Source: an uncultured archaeon
GTDB taxonomy: Archaea; Asgardarchaeota; Lokiarchaeia; Sigyniarchaeales; Promethearchaeaceae
Assembly (NCBI GenBank): GCA_964426185.1
Contig: CAYRPF010000023.1
Coordinates: 11,874 to 38,923, forward strand
Reading direction: 5' to 3'
DNA: 27,050 bases
Below the pieces are notes generated by a model. It made no database searches. It had not been told where the DNA came from and saw nothing but the letters and a program-made list of their open reading frames with translations. The translations under genes were made by a program, and so were the position numbers. Below, in pieces: positions 26,751 to 27,050 of this stretch; the stretch's first letter is position 1, and each line of letters starts with the position of its first letter.

Positions 26751-26848
26751 TTTATTCATAATTTCTTTTTTCTTTTGTATTTTTGATGAATTTTCAAATC
26801 GAAGGAAAAATTAGAAGATTTCTCATTTTTCTTTTTTCATCTCACATT

Positions 26849-27050
26849 TTAACACACCAATATATCCAACAAAGGAGAATTTAGAATTTGAGTATTTAGG
26901 AATGAATATTGAAAGTTATGGCGAATAGTAATTGAGTCCAATATCGTCGGATTATTTTGACAGATGATACAGGCGCGAATTCGCTTCTCGATACCTTCGA
27001 CCGTTTTCGGCCCTGTTAATACAAGAGAATTCGAAAGCAAACTATTTTTA
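26849..27050 (-). CDS. Possible 3' end of a gene entering from the right edge
   Basis: One minus-strand frame is open from the window edge to TAA at 26849. No motif recognised. Confidence 0.35.
   Translation of the reverse strand, partial: KNSLLSNSLVLTGPKTVEGIEKRIRACIICQNNPTILDSITIRHNFQYSFLNTQILNSPLLDILVC

Noticed and set aside
1-27050. CRISPR array, IS element, rRNA or tRNA genes
   Set aside because: No regularly spaced direct repeats, transposase motifs or stable-RNA signatures were seen.

Overview
AT-rich, gene-dense archaeal chromosomal segment, most likely from an Asgard archaeon of the Lokiarchaeia/Promethearchaeota type. This is inferred from a stand-alone longin-like protein, archaeal-type Hsp20, Sec11 signal peptidase, IorAB, PolB2, TATA-like promoters and oligo-T terminators. 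It holds about 24 complete CDS: an unusual AAA+ ATPase, Hsp20, PadR regulator, methanogenesis-marker-9 domain protein, PyrE, signal peptidase I, a glutaminyl-cyclase-like M28 enzyme, a Sir2 + GNAT pair, an ABC exporter, an HMG-CoA synthase with a fused DUF35-like domain, AlaX, IorAB, PolB2, glycerate kinase, a polyprenol/dolichol-kinase-family protein, longin-like and SCP2 proteins, and several unknown membrane proteins. I found no rRNA, tRNA, CRISPR array or transposase. The most interesting signals unexplained by the ORF track are two intergenic, strongly base-paired segments (about 65-246 and 7657-7743) that look like unannotated small RNA genes. The first contains a box D'/C'-type K-loop, the second has its own TATA box and oligo-T terminator, and the two share a short sequence motif. 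All family calls come from motif recognition by eye; no searches or folding programs were run.
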